55,383 nt of DNA from Fidelibacterota bacterium (GCA_046861645.1 JBHHUM010000006.1:1-55383); one strand, 5' to 3'. Positions 21,228 through 29,756 are shown, counted from the stretch's first letter. The notes: a model not told the origin generated them from the letters alone. Program-made: numbers and translations.

Positions 21228-24200
21228 GATAACAGGTATAAGAGCCAGGGTCCAATGGGTCAAGAGACAAGAGCCAATTGGCCAAGGGTTAAGAATCAAG
21301 AAGGGATTATGTCGAAGCGGAATAAAAAGTCTTAGGGTTAGGATTTCTTTATGTTCATGGTTATTGGTTCTTTCTTCTTGGAACTTGATCCAGGCCCAGG
21401 ACTGCAACCGCTGTCATGCTGACCAGTCTGTCCTTCCTCTCCTCAAGAGTATGGGTACCAGCGAAAAGGCTGTGGGTGTCATGGACAAGGGACAACTGCA
21501 GAACAATACCAGTAACGTCGGTGATCTGGCTAATTTTCATCTCTGGTTTACTAACGCAGGACATTGGCCCCGGTCGGCCGATTATGACCGCCAGTACCTG
21601 TTTGGAATGGGGTTGGTAGTTGCTGTGGATGAGCACAATGTTGTAGAGACAGTATCACAGGCGATGACTAAAATTACGGATTGGTTACCTCCGGATGATG
21701 CTGCCGGACGGCACTACTCTGGCGACATCCGGGCCGAATCAGATCAGACCCCTTTCCAGGCTTCAAGTGATTTTCTAGAGACATGGCCGTACGGGTATTA
21801 TGATGAAAATGGAGTCTGGACCTCCTCCGAGGATCGGATGTGGCCTGGCTATTTTCGAGTGGATGTAAACAATACCGATCCCGATACACTGGAAATGCAT
21901 CCTCCAGCCGTTACCCTGCGCGACCGGGTGAATGAGTTTACTTCTGACCGGGATATTTTCTGTATCTATAACGATGATGGTAATCCACAGGGTGTTGTGG
22001 GACTGGAAGTGGAACAGACCGCTTACAGCTACGGCCGGCCTTATGCCGAGGATTTCGTTTTCTGGGACCTGAAAATCTATAACGATAGTGGCCATGATCT
22101 GGAAGATATTTTTGTCGGTTTCTACGCCAAGTTCCGCCCTGATTATGATATGCACGATTATATCAACTTTGTTGACTCCGATAACGATGGACAGCGAGAC
22201 TTTATTTATGTGTATGATCTGAACAATGTTCTTAACAAAACCTGGGCGAATTATGACGACCCTTTGGGAATAGTGGGTCTGCGGGTGTATGATACACCAG
22301 GCCAACTGGGCATTACTAACTTCCACCACTTTGCCCGGGGGGTTTCTCCTGATACGGACGAGAAGATGTGGGCGCTCATGACCAGTCTAAAGGAGGATAG
22401 TATCCTGGGAACATCGTCGTGGTACTTCCATGGTGAAGATGAGCGCATCGATTATACAGGTGAAGATTCGCTTGCTGTGTTTTATCCCCAGTGGTACGAC
22501 GAGGAGAGTGGTGTTGACCTGGAAGGAGATGGCATCAATTTCATCTTATCCAGCGGACCCTTTACCCTTCAGGCTGACTCCATGGTGACCCTCTCCCTGG
22601 GACTGGTGATGGGTGATGCCGGCGAGCTACCCAATGAACCCGATACCACGGATCTGATGACTAATGTCCGCATGGCTAATGATATGTACAGGCTTTACTT
22701 TCAGGGATCGGGTCCTCCTGATCCACCGGTGGTGGAGGCGGTAGCAGGAGATGAGCGGGTGACCCTTTACTGGACCTCCGAGCCCTCTGAGAGTGCAACA
22801 GATGTCCTTACTGGAGAGATGGATTTTGAGGGTTATAAGGTTTTTCGTAGCACGGATCAGGGAGTCACATGGGGTGATGTGGTGACCAACGCCCATGGTA
22901 TTCCTGTGGGATGGGAGCCGATAGCTACATTTGACTACTCGCTTAGTGAAGATTTACTTCGTTATGGAGTAGACGTCTCTGGTCTCGATCCGGCTTTCCC
23001 GCAATTCTTGGGGACCAACTCTGGTTTAGCGCATACCTTTGTCGATTCCAATCTTATCAACGGATTGGAGTACTGGTATTGTGTAAGCGCTTACGACCGG
23101 GGTAATCAGGATACAGACAGCTTGGAGCAATCGTATCTTTATCCTCTCGGCTCTTCTGATCTTGAACCTCATACAGTGTCTGTGGTGCCAGGAGTTCCCC
23201 CCACCAATTTTACCCGACCTGCTGTTCCGGAAGATCAATTGGAACCTATAGGAGGGTTGTCTGGAGGTATCGTCAAAGTGGAGTTGGTTGATCCCGCAGC
23301 CATTACTGGGCACGGTTATAAAGTGACTTTTGGGGATAGTATTGAGTATGTAACGGAATCGGGAGAAACGATTCTCGATATCAGTTTTACTCTGGTGGAT
23401 ACTACTGAGAATGACACCCTGTTTCACAATCACCAGCTTTCGGATGATTCCGGGGATAACCTGCCCGTGGTCGATGGCTTCCGGTTGACAGTTCAGAATA
23501 CACCCACAGGAGTAGAATTCATTGGTTGGACCAAGGTGTCAGGGGATACGTCTACTTTTGACTGGCGCACGGAAAGTAAGCGCCCCGATCTTGTACCCAG
23601 TGGTCAGGCCTATGGAGATTTAATAGAGTCTATTGATGATTTCCGTATCACCATTGACACTACAGTCTCCGGTGGTTTGGAGGCTGGCTGGTATGACCTG
23701 TATCAGGGAGTGTGGGCTAACGAATTAGATGTAGGGTTAGATTCCACTATTCACTTGCCACTAAAGGTTGAGATTGTCACCGACACACTTAATCCTGTAG
23801 ATATCTCGGATCATACCATTTTAGGTGAATTTTACCTGAATGCCCCCTGGGAAGATTACCGGAGAGATTACTATAGCCCGATAGGGTGGGATCTGATACC
23901 CGGTGGGGCAGGCTTTACTCCTGCCAGTCCGGGCTGGTACGAGCTGCATGTTGATGTACTCATCTTTTCAGATGAGGACAGTAGTAACAATTATCTCTAT
24001 CTCCTGACCAACAATGCACCCGATACCTTCATCAACGCCAACAATGACTCGGTATTCCAGGAAGCCCGCCCGCCGTCACACGGAGATCAGTTCACCATCA
24101 GGACTTATAAGCCCTTCCGGCAGGAGATATCATATACTTTCGGTACTACCGCAATTGAGAAGGTTGCTGGTGTCGGAAGTCCATTTGATAGTCTTAAAGT

Positions 24201-24474
24201 AGTTCCAGATCCGTATGTAGTGACTAATTTATGGGAGACAGGGGAATTCGGTAAAAAACTCAAGTTCAACAATCTTCCCGATCTGTGTACCATCAGAATC
24301 TATACTCTGGTGGGGGAACATATTGCTACTATTAAGCACGATTCCGACGTGGGTTATGAGTTTTGGGATATGCGTACGAGGAACGACCAGTTTATAGCAC
24401 CAGGTGTTTATCTCTTCCATGCAGAGACACCTGCTGGTGAAGAAAAACTGGGACGATTTCTGGTGATCAAATGA
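21214..24474 (+). CDS. Large secreted Fn3-containing protein of TBDR-PorV loci; start codon uncertain
   Basis: 1086-aa ORF; signal-like h-region ending IQA-QD; Fn3 motifs (AVAGDERVTLYW, FEGYKVFRS, LINGLEYWYCVSAYD); C-terminus VVPDPY...FNNLP..CTIRIYTL.GE...GVYLFH...GRFLVIK. Confidence 0.8.
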   Translation: MLTGRITGIRARVQWVKRQEPIGQGLRIKKGLCRSGIKSLRVRISLCSWLLVLSSWNLIQAQDCNRCHADQSVLPLLKSMGTSEKAVGVMDKGQLQNNTSNVGDLANFHLWFTNAGHWPRSADYDRQYLFGMGLVVAVDEHNVVETVSQAMTKITDWLPPDDAAGRHYSGDIRAESDQTPFQASSDFLETWPYGYYDENGVWTSSEDRMWPGYFRVDVNNTDPDTLEMHPPAVTLRDRVNEFTSDRDIFCIYNDDGNPQGVVGLEVEQTAYSYGRPYAEDFVFWDLKIYNDSGHDLEDIFVGFYAKFRPDYDMHDYINFVDSDNDGQRDFIYVYDLNNVLNKTWANYDDPLGIVGLRVYDTPGQLGITNFHHFARGVSPDTDEKMWALMTSLKEDSILGTSSWYFHGEDERIDYTGEDSLAVFYPQWYDEESGVDLEGDGINFILSSGPFTLQADSMVTLSLGLVMGDAGELPNEPDTTDLMTNVRMANDMYRLYFQGSGPPDPPVVEAVAGDERVTLYWTSEPSESATDVLTGEMDFEGYKVFRSTDQGVTWGDVVTNAHGIPVGWEPIATFDYSLSEDLLRYGVDVSGLDPAFPQFLGTNSGLAHTFVDSNLINGLEYWYCVSAYDRGNQDTDSLEQSYLYPLGSSDLEPHTVSVVPGVPPTNFTRPAVPEDQLEPIGGLSGGIVKVELVDPAAITGHGYKVTFGDSIEYVTESGETILDISFTLVDTTENDTLFHNHQLSDDSGDNLPVVDGFRLTVQNTPTGVEFIGWTKVSGDTSTFDWRTESKRPDLVPSGQAYGDLIESIDDFRITIDTTVSGGLEAGWYDLYQGVWANELDVGLDSTIHLPLKVEIVTDTLNPVDISDHTILGEFYLNAPWEDYRRDYYSPIGWDLIPGGAGFTPASPGWYELHVDVLIFSDEDSSNNYLYLLTNNAPDTFINANNDSVFQEARPPSHGDQFTIRTYKPFRQEISYTFGTTAIEKVAGVGSPFDSLKVVPDPYVVTNLWETGEFGKKLKFNNLPDLCTIRIYTLVGEHIATIKHDSDVGYEFWDMRTRNDQFIAPGVYLFHAETPAGEEKLGRFLVIK

Positions 24475-25484
24475 AACGCTTTCTGATCTTGGCTCTGATA
24501 TTATCTGCGGTGGTTCACGCGGAGTTTGATAAAGTGGGAACCACTACGGCTCAATTTTTAAAGATGGGTGTGGGTGCGCGAGCAAAAGCCATGGGTGGTA
24601 GCTTTGTTGCCCTGTCTGATGATGGTACTGCCCACTACTGGAACCCGGCCGGTATGGTAGTAGCCCAGGGAATTTCTACGACGTTCAGTCATACAGATTG
24701 GGCCCTTGATATTACACATGAATTTGTCAGCGTAACCGTCCCGCGAGGTCCAGTAGGAGTGTTTGGTCTATCCATCTCAGCCCTGACCATGGATGAGAAG
24801 GAAGTTACTACGGTTATTGAACAGGATGGATCTGGTCTCTATTACAGTGTCATGGATATGGCTCTGGCAGCGAGCTATGCCCGACGCATGAGTGACCGTC
24901 TTGCCTACGGGGTTACGCTCAAATACATTCATCTGGCAGCCTATAACGAGATTGCCCAGACGTTTGCCATTGACATAGGTTCTATTCTCCAGACTGATTT
25001 CTACGGGATGAAGATTGGGATGGCCCTATCAAATTTTGGTGGGGAACCCAGGTATTCGGGAAGGGACCTCCTGCAAAAAGCCGATGTAGAAAAAGATGTG
25101 GAAGGGAATGTGTTGACAGAAGCTGAATTGAAGACGGAGCCGTGGCCTTTGCCGCTGATGATTCGTATCGGTGTTGCCATGGATGTGCTGGGACAGGAAG
25201 AGGCTATCCTGTCCAGGAGTGCCCACAGATTGACACTGACCCTTGATGCTGAGCATCCCAACGATGCCCCCGAACATCTGAACTTTGGCCTTGAGTTCGC
25301 TTTCCGGGAGCTGTTTTACCTCCGGGGGGGTTATCGATTGAACTATGATCTGGATAAGTTTTCGGTGGGCGCGGGCTTTAGACTACCGTTGGCTAACTTG
25401 ACCACCACTATTGATTATGCCGTCATGCCTTTTGGTCCTTTCGGGACAACGGCGTTTATCTCCATTGGGGTTTTTCTGAAATAG
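24471..25484 (+). CDS. PorV/PorQ (UPF0164) family outer-membrane beta-barrel
   Basis: KVGTTTAQFLKMGVGARAKAMGG...YWNPAG, HTDW, GMALSNFG, PLPLMIRIG, HPND, GLEF...LRGGY. Confidence 0.85.
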   Translation: MKRFLILALILSAVVHAEFDKVGTTTAQFLKMGVGARAKAMGGSFVALSDDGTAHYWNPAGMVVAQGISTTFSHTDWALDITHEFVSVTVPRGPVGVFGLSISALTMDEKEVTTVIEQDGSGLYYSVMDMALAASYARRMSDRLAYGVTLKYIHLAAYNEIAQTFAIDIGSILQTDFYGMKIGMALSNFGGEPRYSGRDLLQKADVEKDVEGNVLTEAELKTEPWPLPLMIRIGVAMDVLGQEEAILSRSAHRLTLTLDAEHPNDAPEHLNFGLEFAFRELFYLRGGYRLNYDLDKFSVGAGFRLPLANLTTTIDYAVMPFGPFGTTAFISIGVFLK

Positions 25485-25526
25485 GGTCGATGGGAAGAAG
25501 AATTTGAATTACAGGAGGGTAAAACA

Positions 25527-26507
25527 GTGATAAAAGCGCCATTGATCTTGTATAAGATATTGTTGATAATCTGGTGTTTACCCCTGTGGGCTGAGTCTGG
25601 AGAAAAGGAGCTTCCTGTTACACCAGTGCCCGGATTACCGGTAGCTGCTGAGGCCTACTTTTCCCCCGATGGCAGGAGCTTAATCTGTAATGCCAGAGTC
25701 CAGGAGGACGATGAAGTACACCATGTCTATGTGGCCAACGTTGACGGTACCAATATCCGTCGTATTAATGATCAAGGAGAGGACGCCTGCTCGTACTTTT
25801 TTCCTTCGGGAGATAAGATTATCTGGACTTCTACCCGGGACTATCCCGACATTCCCGTTGGCGATTGGTCTGTTCCCACGATTTACCCCCAGGGAGCGGA
25901 ATTGTATGTAAGCGACCCTGATGGCGCTAACATCCAGCGCTTGACCCACAACCAGTATTATGATGCCGAGGTATCTGTCTCCCCGGATGGTAACTGGATA
26001 CTCTTCACTCGTCAGATTGACGGTAAGCTGGACCTCTGGCGCATGCGTCCTGATGGTACCGGGGAATTCCAGATCACCCATACAGACGATTGGCAGGAAG
26101 GGGGTTCCTTCTACATGCCGGATAGTGAGACTATTCTGTACCGGGCGTGGAAGCGGGAATTTGATGATAAGCGAGCCAAACCTATGACGATCTTCACCAT
26201 CAAACATGATGGTACGGATCGAAAGCAGATCACTTTCGATGATGGCACCAATTGGGCTCCTCATCCTGGTCCTGATGGGAAGCATTTCGTATTTGTGAAA
26301 GTGCTACCACCCCACAATTTTGAAATATATATGATGAATATCGAGACGGGTGAACAGACTCGCCTGACCTACAGTGACGCTTTTGACGGTTTTCCGGTCA
26401 TGTCCCCAGACGGCAGGAGTGTCCTGTTCAGTTCCAGCCGCGATGCCGCTCCCGGTGAACGTAAACTGAGTCTATTCATCATGGATATCAGTTCATTGAT
26501 GGAGTAG
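25527..26507 (+). CDS. TolB-like PD40 beta-propeller protein, exported
   Basis: SD GGAGG; signal peptide; repeats AEAYFSPDG, YDAEVSVSPDG, RLTY..AFDGFPVMSPDG. Confidence 0.85.
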   Translation: MIKAPLILYKILLIIWCLPLWAESGEKELPVTPVPGLPVAAEAYFSPDGRSLICNARVQEDDEVHHVYVANVDGTNIRRINDQGEDACSYFFPSGDKIIWTSTRDYPDIPVGDWSVPTIYPQGAELYVSDPDGANIQRLTHNQYYDAEVSVSPDGNWILFTRQIDGKLDLWRMRPDGTGEFQITHTDDWQEGGSFYMPDSETILYRAWKREFDDKRAKPMTIFTIKHDGTDRKQITFDDGTNWAPHPGPDGKHFVFVKVLPPHNFEIYMMNIETGEQTRLTYSDAFDGFPVMSPDGRSVLFSSSRDAAPGERKLSLFIMDISSLME

Positions 26508-26533
26508 TTGCTGGTCAGTCTACCTGTAGTGAT

Positions 26534-26556
26534 ACTCCCTTTCATGGGAGTTTATT
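26534..26556 (+). terminator. Possible terminator hairpin after the TolB-like gene
   Basis: ACTCCC-TTTCAT-GGGAGT-TTATT. Confidence 0.45.
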
Positions 26557-26591
26557 CGCCTGTCCCGTAGTGAGGTACGAACGTATCGGGG
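26557..26591 (+). repeat. 35-bp dispersed repeat, copy 1
   Basis: CGCCTGTCCCGTAGTGAGGTACGAACGTATCGGGG; 28/35 ungapped identity to 31940-31974. Confidence 0.7.
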
Positions 26592-26648
26592 ATTAAGCGC
26601 AGGGGTTCACCCCCTCGCTTGCATATTATTCTGTAAATTCCCACTGTC

Positions 26649-26714
26649 ATGAACGTCTTCGTCACCGACGGCACCAGATTCGTGGGGGGCTACGTTCTGG
26701 AAGTCCTTCTTGAG
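26649..26714 (+). pseudogene. Degenerate copy of the 5' end of the NAD-dependent epimerase gene at 28512
   Basis: MNVFVTDGTRFVGGYVLEVLLE vs MRIFVTGGTGFVGGYVLEALQE; 53/66 nt identical; Rossmann glycines mutated; both copies preceded by TGTAAATTC. Confidence 0.85.
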
Positions 26715-26750
26715 GTCGTTAATTTCCCTATACCCATTGTGCTATAAAAG

Positions 26751-26779
26751 GTAGCCCCCGCAGGCGCGGGGATGAACCG
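26751..26779 (+). CRISPR. Solitary type I-E-like CRISPR repeat (not an array)
   Basis: GTAGCCCCCGCAGGCGCGGGGATGAACCG: 29 nt, CCCCGC/GCGGGG stem, 4-nt loop, ATGAACCG handle; 21/29 identical to the E. coli I-E repeat GTGTTCCCCGCGCCAGCGGGGATAAACCG. Confidence 0.7.
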
Positions 26780-26900
26780 GCAGGAGAAATGTCAGTCGTG
26801 GTGTAGCATGGTATACTGGACTCAACGGTCCAGCTTCGGCAAAAGAAGCTCCTTCTTATTCATCACAGCCCTGATAAAATTAACAGAGGTATGTGATTAA

Positions 26901-26944
26901 ATACTGGTATATTTGTATAGGATGATATACATTTATACCAGTAT
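26901..26944. promoter_or_regulatory. Long inverted repeat (putative operator) upstream of the AAA ATPase
   Basis: ATACTGGTATATTTGTATA-GGATGA-TATACATTTATACCAGTAT; arms 17/19 complementary. Confidence 0.6.
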
Positions 26945-26965
26945 AAAGGTATAGGATGTCTGAAA

Positions 26966-28234
26966 ATGCTTTACCCAAGAGATATTGAAAAAGAAATACT
27001 AAATGAATTAGACAGTCCACGGGCACTATTTATTTTGGGCGCCCGCAGAACCGGAAAGACATCGTTGTTACAACGAATTCGCGAACAACTTCCTTCTGGC
27101 AGTAAATCCCTGTACATTGATTTTGAAGATCCGGATGCGCTGTCTATTGTCAAAACAGGCTACAAGAGCTTTTTGGCTTACATTGACGGGCTGGGTTTTT
27201 CTCCCGGACAGAAAGTATATGTTTTTTTGGATGAAATTCAGTACTTGAGAGATTTTGCCTCATTTATTAAGCTGCTGGTAGATCACCATTCCAAACGTGT
27301 CAAACTAATCTTGAGCGGTTCATCGGCGGCACAGATCAAATTCCAGTTCAAAGATTCATTAGTTGGGCGGAAATTTATTTATGAACTGTTTCCGCTTACA
27401 TTCCGGGAATTTGTCGTTTTTAAAGAGGAACAGAATTTGGTGCGTCTATTAGGCGCCAACAGACAGCAGGCGGATACTGACGGTCTCGGATTTTTTGTTA
27501 AAGATTTACTCCGTTATTACTATGAATATATGAATTACGGCGGGTATCCTGAAGTTGTTCTTGCGCCCGAATATGCAAAAAAACAAAAGCTGCTAAAGGA
27601 AATCTCTCATGCCTACATCTTAAAAGACATCCACAATATATTCCAGGTAGAAAGACTTGATTCATTTAATAATCTGGTGAAAATCCTGGCTTTACAGGTC
27701 GGTCAGCTTCTTAATGTCTCCTCTTTGTCACGGGATAGTAAAACTACCAGACCTACAGCAGAGAAGTATATTAATATCTTGGAAGACACGTTTATTGTCC
27801 GGCGTGTTCCGCCGTTATTCACCAATAAGAAAAAAGAATTGAGAAGAATGCCTAAAATATTTTTCCTTGATACGGGTCTTAGAAACTATTTAATAAATAA
27901 CTTTTCTGAATTTTCATTTAGAACAGACAGGGGACAATTACTTGAAAACACAGTTTTCTCCGCAATGTGGAAAAACCGTGAAATAATGGATAAGTTATTT
28001 TTCTGGCATACGGCGGACGGTAAAGAAGTTGATTTTATTCTGCAGAAGGGAGTTGATTATATCCCCTTTGAAGTAAAGGTAAAACGAACAGCTGTCAATC
28101 ATCTGAAAATATTCGCTGAACTGTATAACAGTCCTGAAATGAATCTTGTGCGATTGGACCCGGGCGCTATATCCGAAGGATCCTATGGACAAACAAGTGC
28201 AAACATTCAGGTGATACCTCCCTGGGTCATTTAG
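26966..28234 (+). CDS. AAA_14 ATPase with wHTH/DUF4143 C-terminal domain
   Basis: Walker A GARRTGKT, Walker B VFLDEIQ, LSGSS, SLVGRK, PLTFREF, YGGYPE, PKIFFLDTGL, LLEN, EVDF...FEVK; visibly AT-richer than flanking genes. Confidence 0.92.
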   Translation: MLYPRDIEKEILNELDSPRALFILGARRTGKTSLLQRIREQLPSGSKSLYIDFEDPDALSIVKTGYKSFLAYIDGLGFSPGQKVYVFLDEIQYLRDFASFIKLLVDHHSKRVKLILSGSSAAQIKFQFKDSLVGRKFIYELFPLTFREFVVFKEEQNLVRLLGANRQQADTDGLGFFVKDLLRYYYEYMNYGGYPEVVLAPEYAKKQKLLKEISHAYILKDIHNIFQVERLDSFNNLVKILALQVGQLLNVSSLSRDSKTTRPTAEKYINILEDTFIVRRVPPLFTNKKKELRRMPKIFFLDTGLRNYLINNFSEFSFRTDRGQLLENTVFSAMWKNREIMDKLFFWHTADGKEVDFILQKGVDYIPFEVKVKRTAVNHLKIFAELYNSPEMNLVRLDPGAISEGSYGQTSANIQVIPPWVI

Positions 28235-28511
28235 GACAAAAATCTATGCAGCTAATCCTCAACAGCTTCGGTGCCTATCTCTACAAGTCAGGGGATATTG
28301 TTAAGATCAAGGTGCAAAAATAAATCGTCTAAATGAACGCACCCTGTCTACATTACCTGCCCGACTGGCGGGCGATGGGCAGGTACTAAAACAAGGATTG
28401 AAAATCCGATAGTTAACTAACATTAAGCCAATGCCAACTGGAGTGGATGGATCGTGTATTGGTTTAAGCGGCTGATACTTTTGACTTAGAATGATGTAAA
28501 TTCTCTTCACC

Positions 28512-29441
28512 ATGAGAATTTTTGTCACCGGCGGCACCGGATTCGTAGGGGGCTACGTTTTGGAAGCCCTCCAAGAGACTGGTCATCAAATCATAGCATT
28601 AGTACGATCCGGGAGTGAGCACAAACTCTCTGCTGATTTTTCTGGTGAGACCGTTCCTGGTGATGTATTCAACTTTATGTTCCCTTCAGAGTGCGATGTT
28701 GTGATTCACCTTATCGGTATCCTTCGTTCTAACCTCTGGCGGGGGGAGACCTTTGAGAAGCTTCACTTTCGGGCCGCTAAGGTCGTTGTGGATAAGGCCG
28801 CAGCTGCTGGTGTCAAGAGATTCCTGCTGGTGAGTGCCAATGGTGTGAAATCTGATGGAACCGCGTATCAAAGAACAAAGTATATGGCTGAGCAATACCT
28901 CCGCAACAGCAGTTTGGAGTGGATCATCTTTCGTCCGTCAGTGCTGTTTGGCGATCCGGCCCATCCCAGTGGAGATGTGGGTAAGCCCGAGTTCAGCTCC
29001 CTTCTCTACAGACAGATGGTGAAACCACCAATTCCAGCGCCCATGTTTCATCCAGGGTTAAAAATCAGGCAGTCAGGTGAGTTTAAGCTACAGCCAGCTT
29101 ATGTTGGAGACTTGGCAAAGGGTATGGTGAAGGCTCTTACTAATGACTTGTCAGCTGGGAAAATATATCATGTGGGCGGTTCTGCTAAGCTGACGTGGCG
29201 GGAAACTATTGATACGGTTGCTGCAGCTGTGGAGAAACCCCGTAAATGGAAGCTCCCCGTGCCTGCCTGGGGGATTGGAGCTGCAGCGGCTGTGCTGGGA
29301 TGGCTGCCTTTTTTTCCCATCACCCGGGACCAGATCACCATGCTGATGGAGGGAAATACGTGCGATGGGAGTGGCTTCTACCGTGATTTCGACATCCAAC
29401 CAACAGCTTTCACTCCTGAGAATCTGGGATATCTTCGATAA
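28512..29441 (+). CDS. NAD-dependent epimerase/dehydratase, NDUFA9-like atypical SDR
   Basis: IFVTGGTGFVG Rossmann motif, VIHLIGI, GVKRFLLVSA, YQRTK, IFRPSVLFG, PITRDQITML. Confidence 0.9.
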   Translation: MRIFVTGGTGFVGGYVLEALQETGHQIIALVRSGSEHKLSADFSGETVPGDVFNFMFPSECDVVIHLIGILRSNLWRGETFEKLHFRAAKVVVDKAAAAGVKRFLLVSANGVKSDGTAYQRTKYMAEQYLRNSSLEWIIFRPSVLFGDPAHPSGDVGKPEFSSLLYRQMVKPPIPAPMFHPGLKIRQSGEFKLQPAYVGDLAKGMVKALTNDLSAGKIYHVGGSAKLTWRETIDTVAAAVEKPRKWKLPVPAWGIGAAAAVLGWLPFFPITRDQITMLMEGNTCDGSGFYRDFDIQPTAFTPENLGYLR

Positions 29442-29624
29442 AAAGCTCGGTTCTTCACCTATACACCGGAACCTACAAAGCAGAGGTTCGATTTTCCAAC
29501 CTTCTCTTCCTGAATGTCTGCCTGACGGATGGACTATAGGCTATTATGGCGGATTTACAGCTAAGCCTTCTCCTCTTTCATACCATCGTTAAGTGTCCTG
29601 CGACCCAAAGGGTCTCCTGTTATG

Positions 29625-29686
29625 TTTCCCCCCTCTGCTTTATAAGAGAGGGGGTGGACACCGAAGGTGGACGGGGGTGAGTTAGA
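29625..29686. repeat. REP-like GC-rich palindromic element
   Basis: CCCCCCTCTGCTTTATAAGAGAGGGGG hairpin followed by TGGACACCGAAGGTGGACGGGGGTGAG. Confidence 0.45.
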
Positions 29687-29756
29687 GGGATTATGTTAAA
29701 AATAACTTTTCACTATTCATTTACACTGGAACTCACAAAGCGGGGATAATAGTTTT

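Noticed and set aside
26751..26900. A true multi-repeat CRISPR array
   Set aside because: Only one canonical repeat; no further sequence-identical copies at ~61-nt period and no cas genes in the window.
26820..28310. Integron attC sites around the ATPase (ACTCAAC at 26820; CCTCAAC...GTTAAGA at 28257-28306)
   Set aside because: No matching R'/R'' pair with L boxes and no integron integrase; similarity is too weak.
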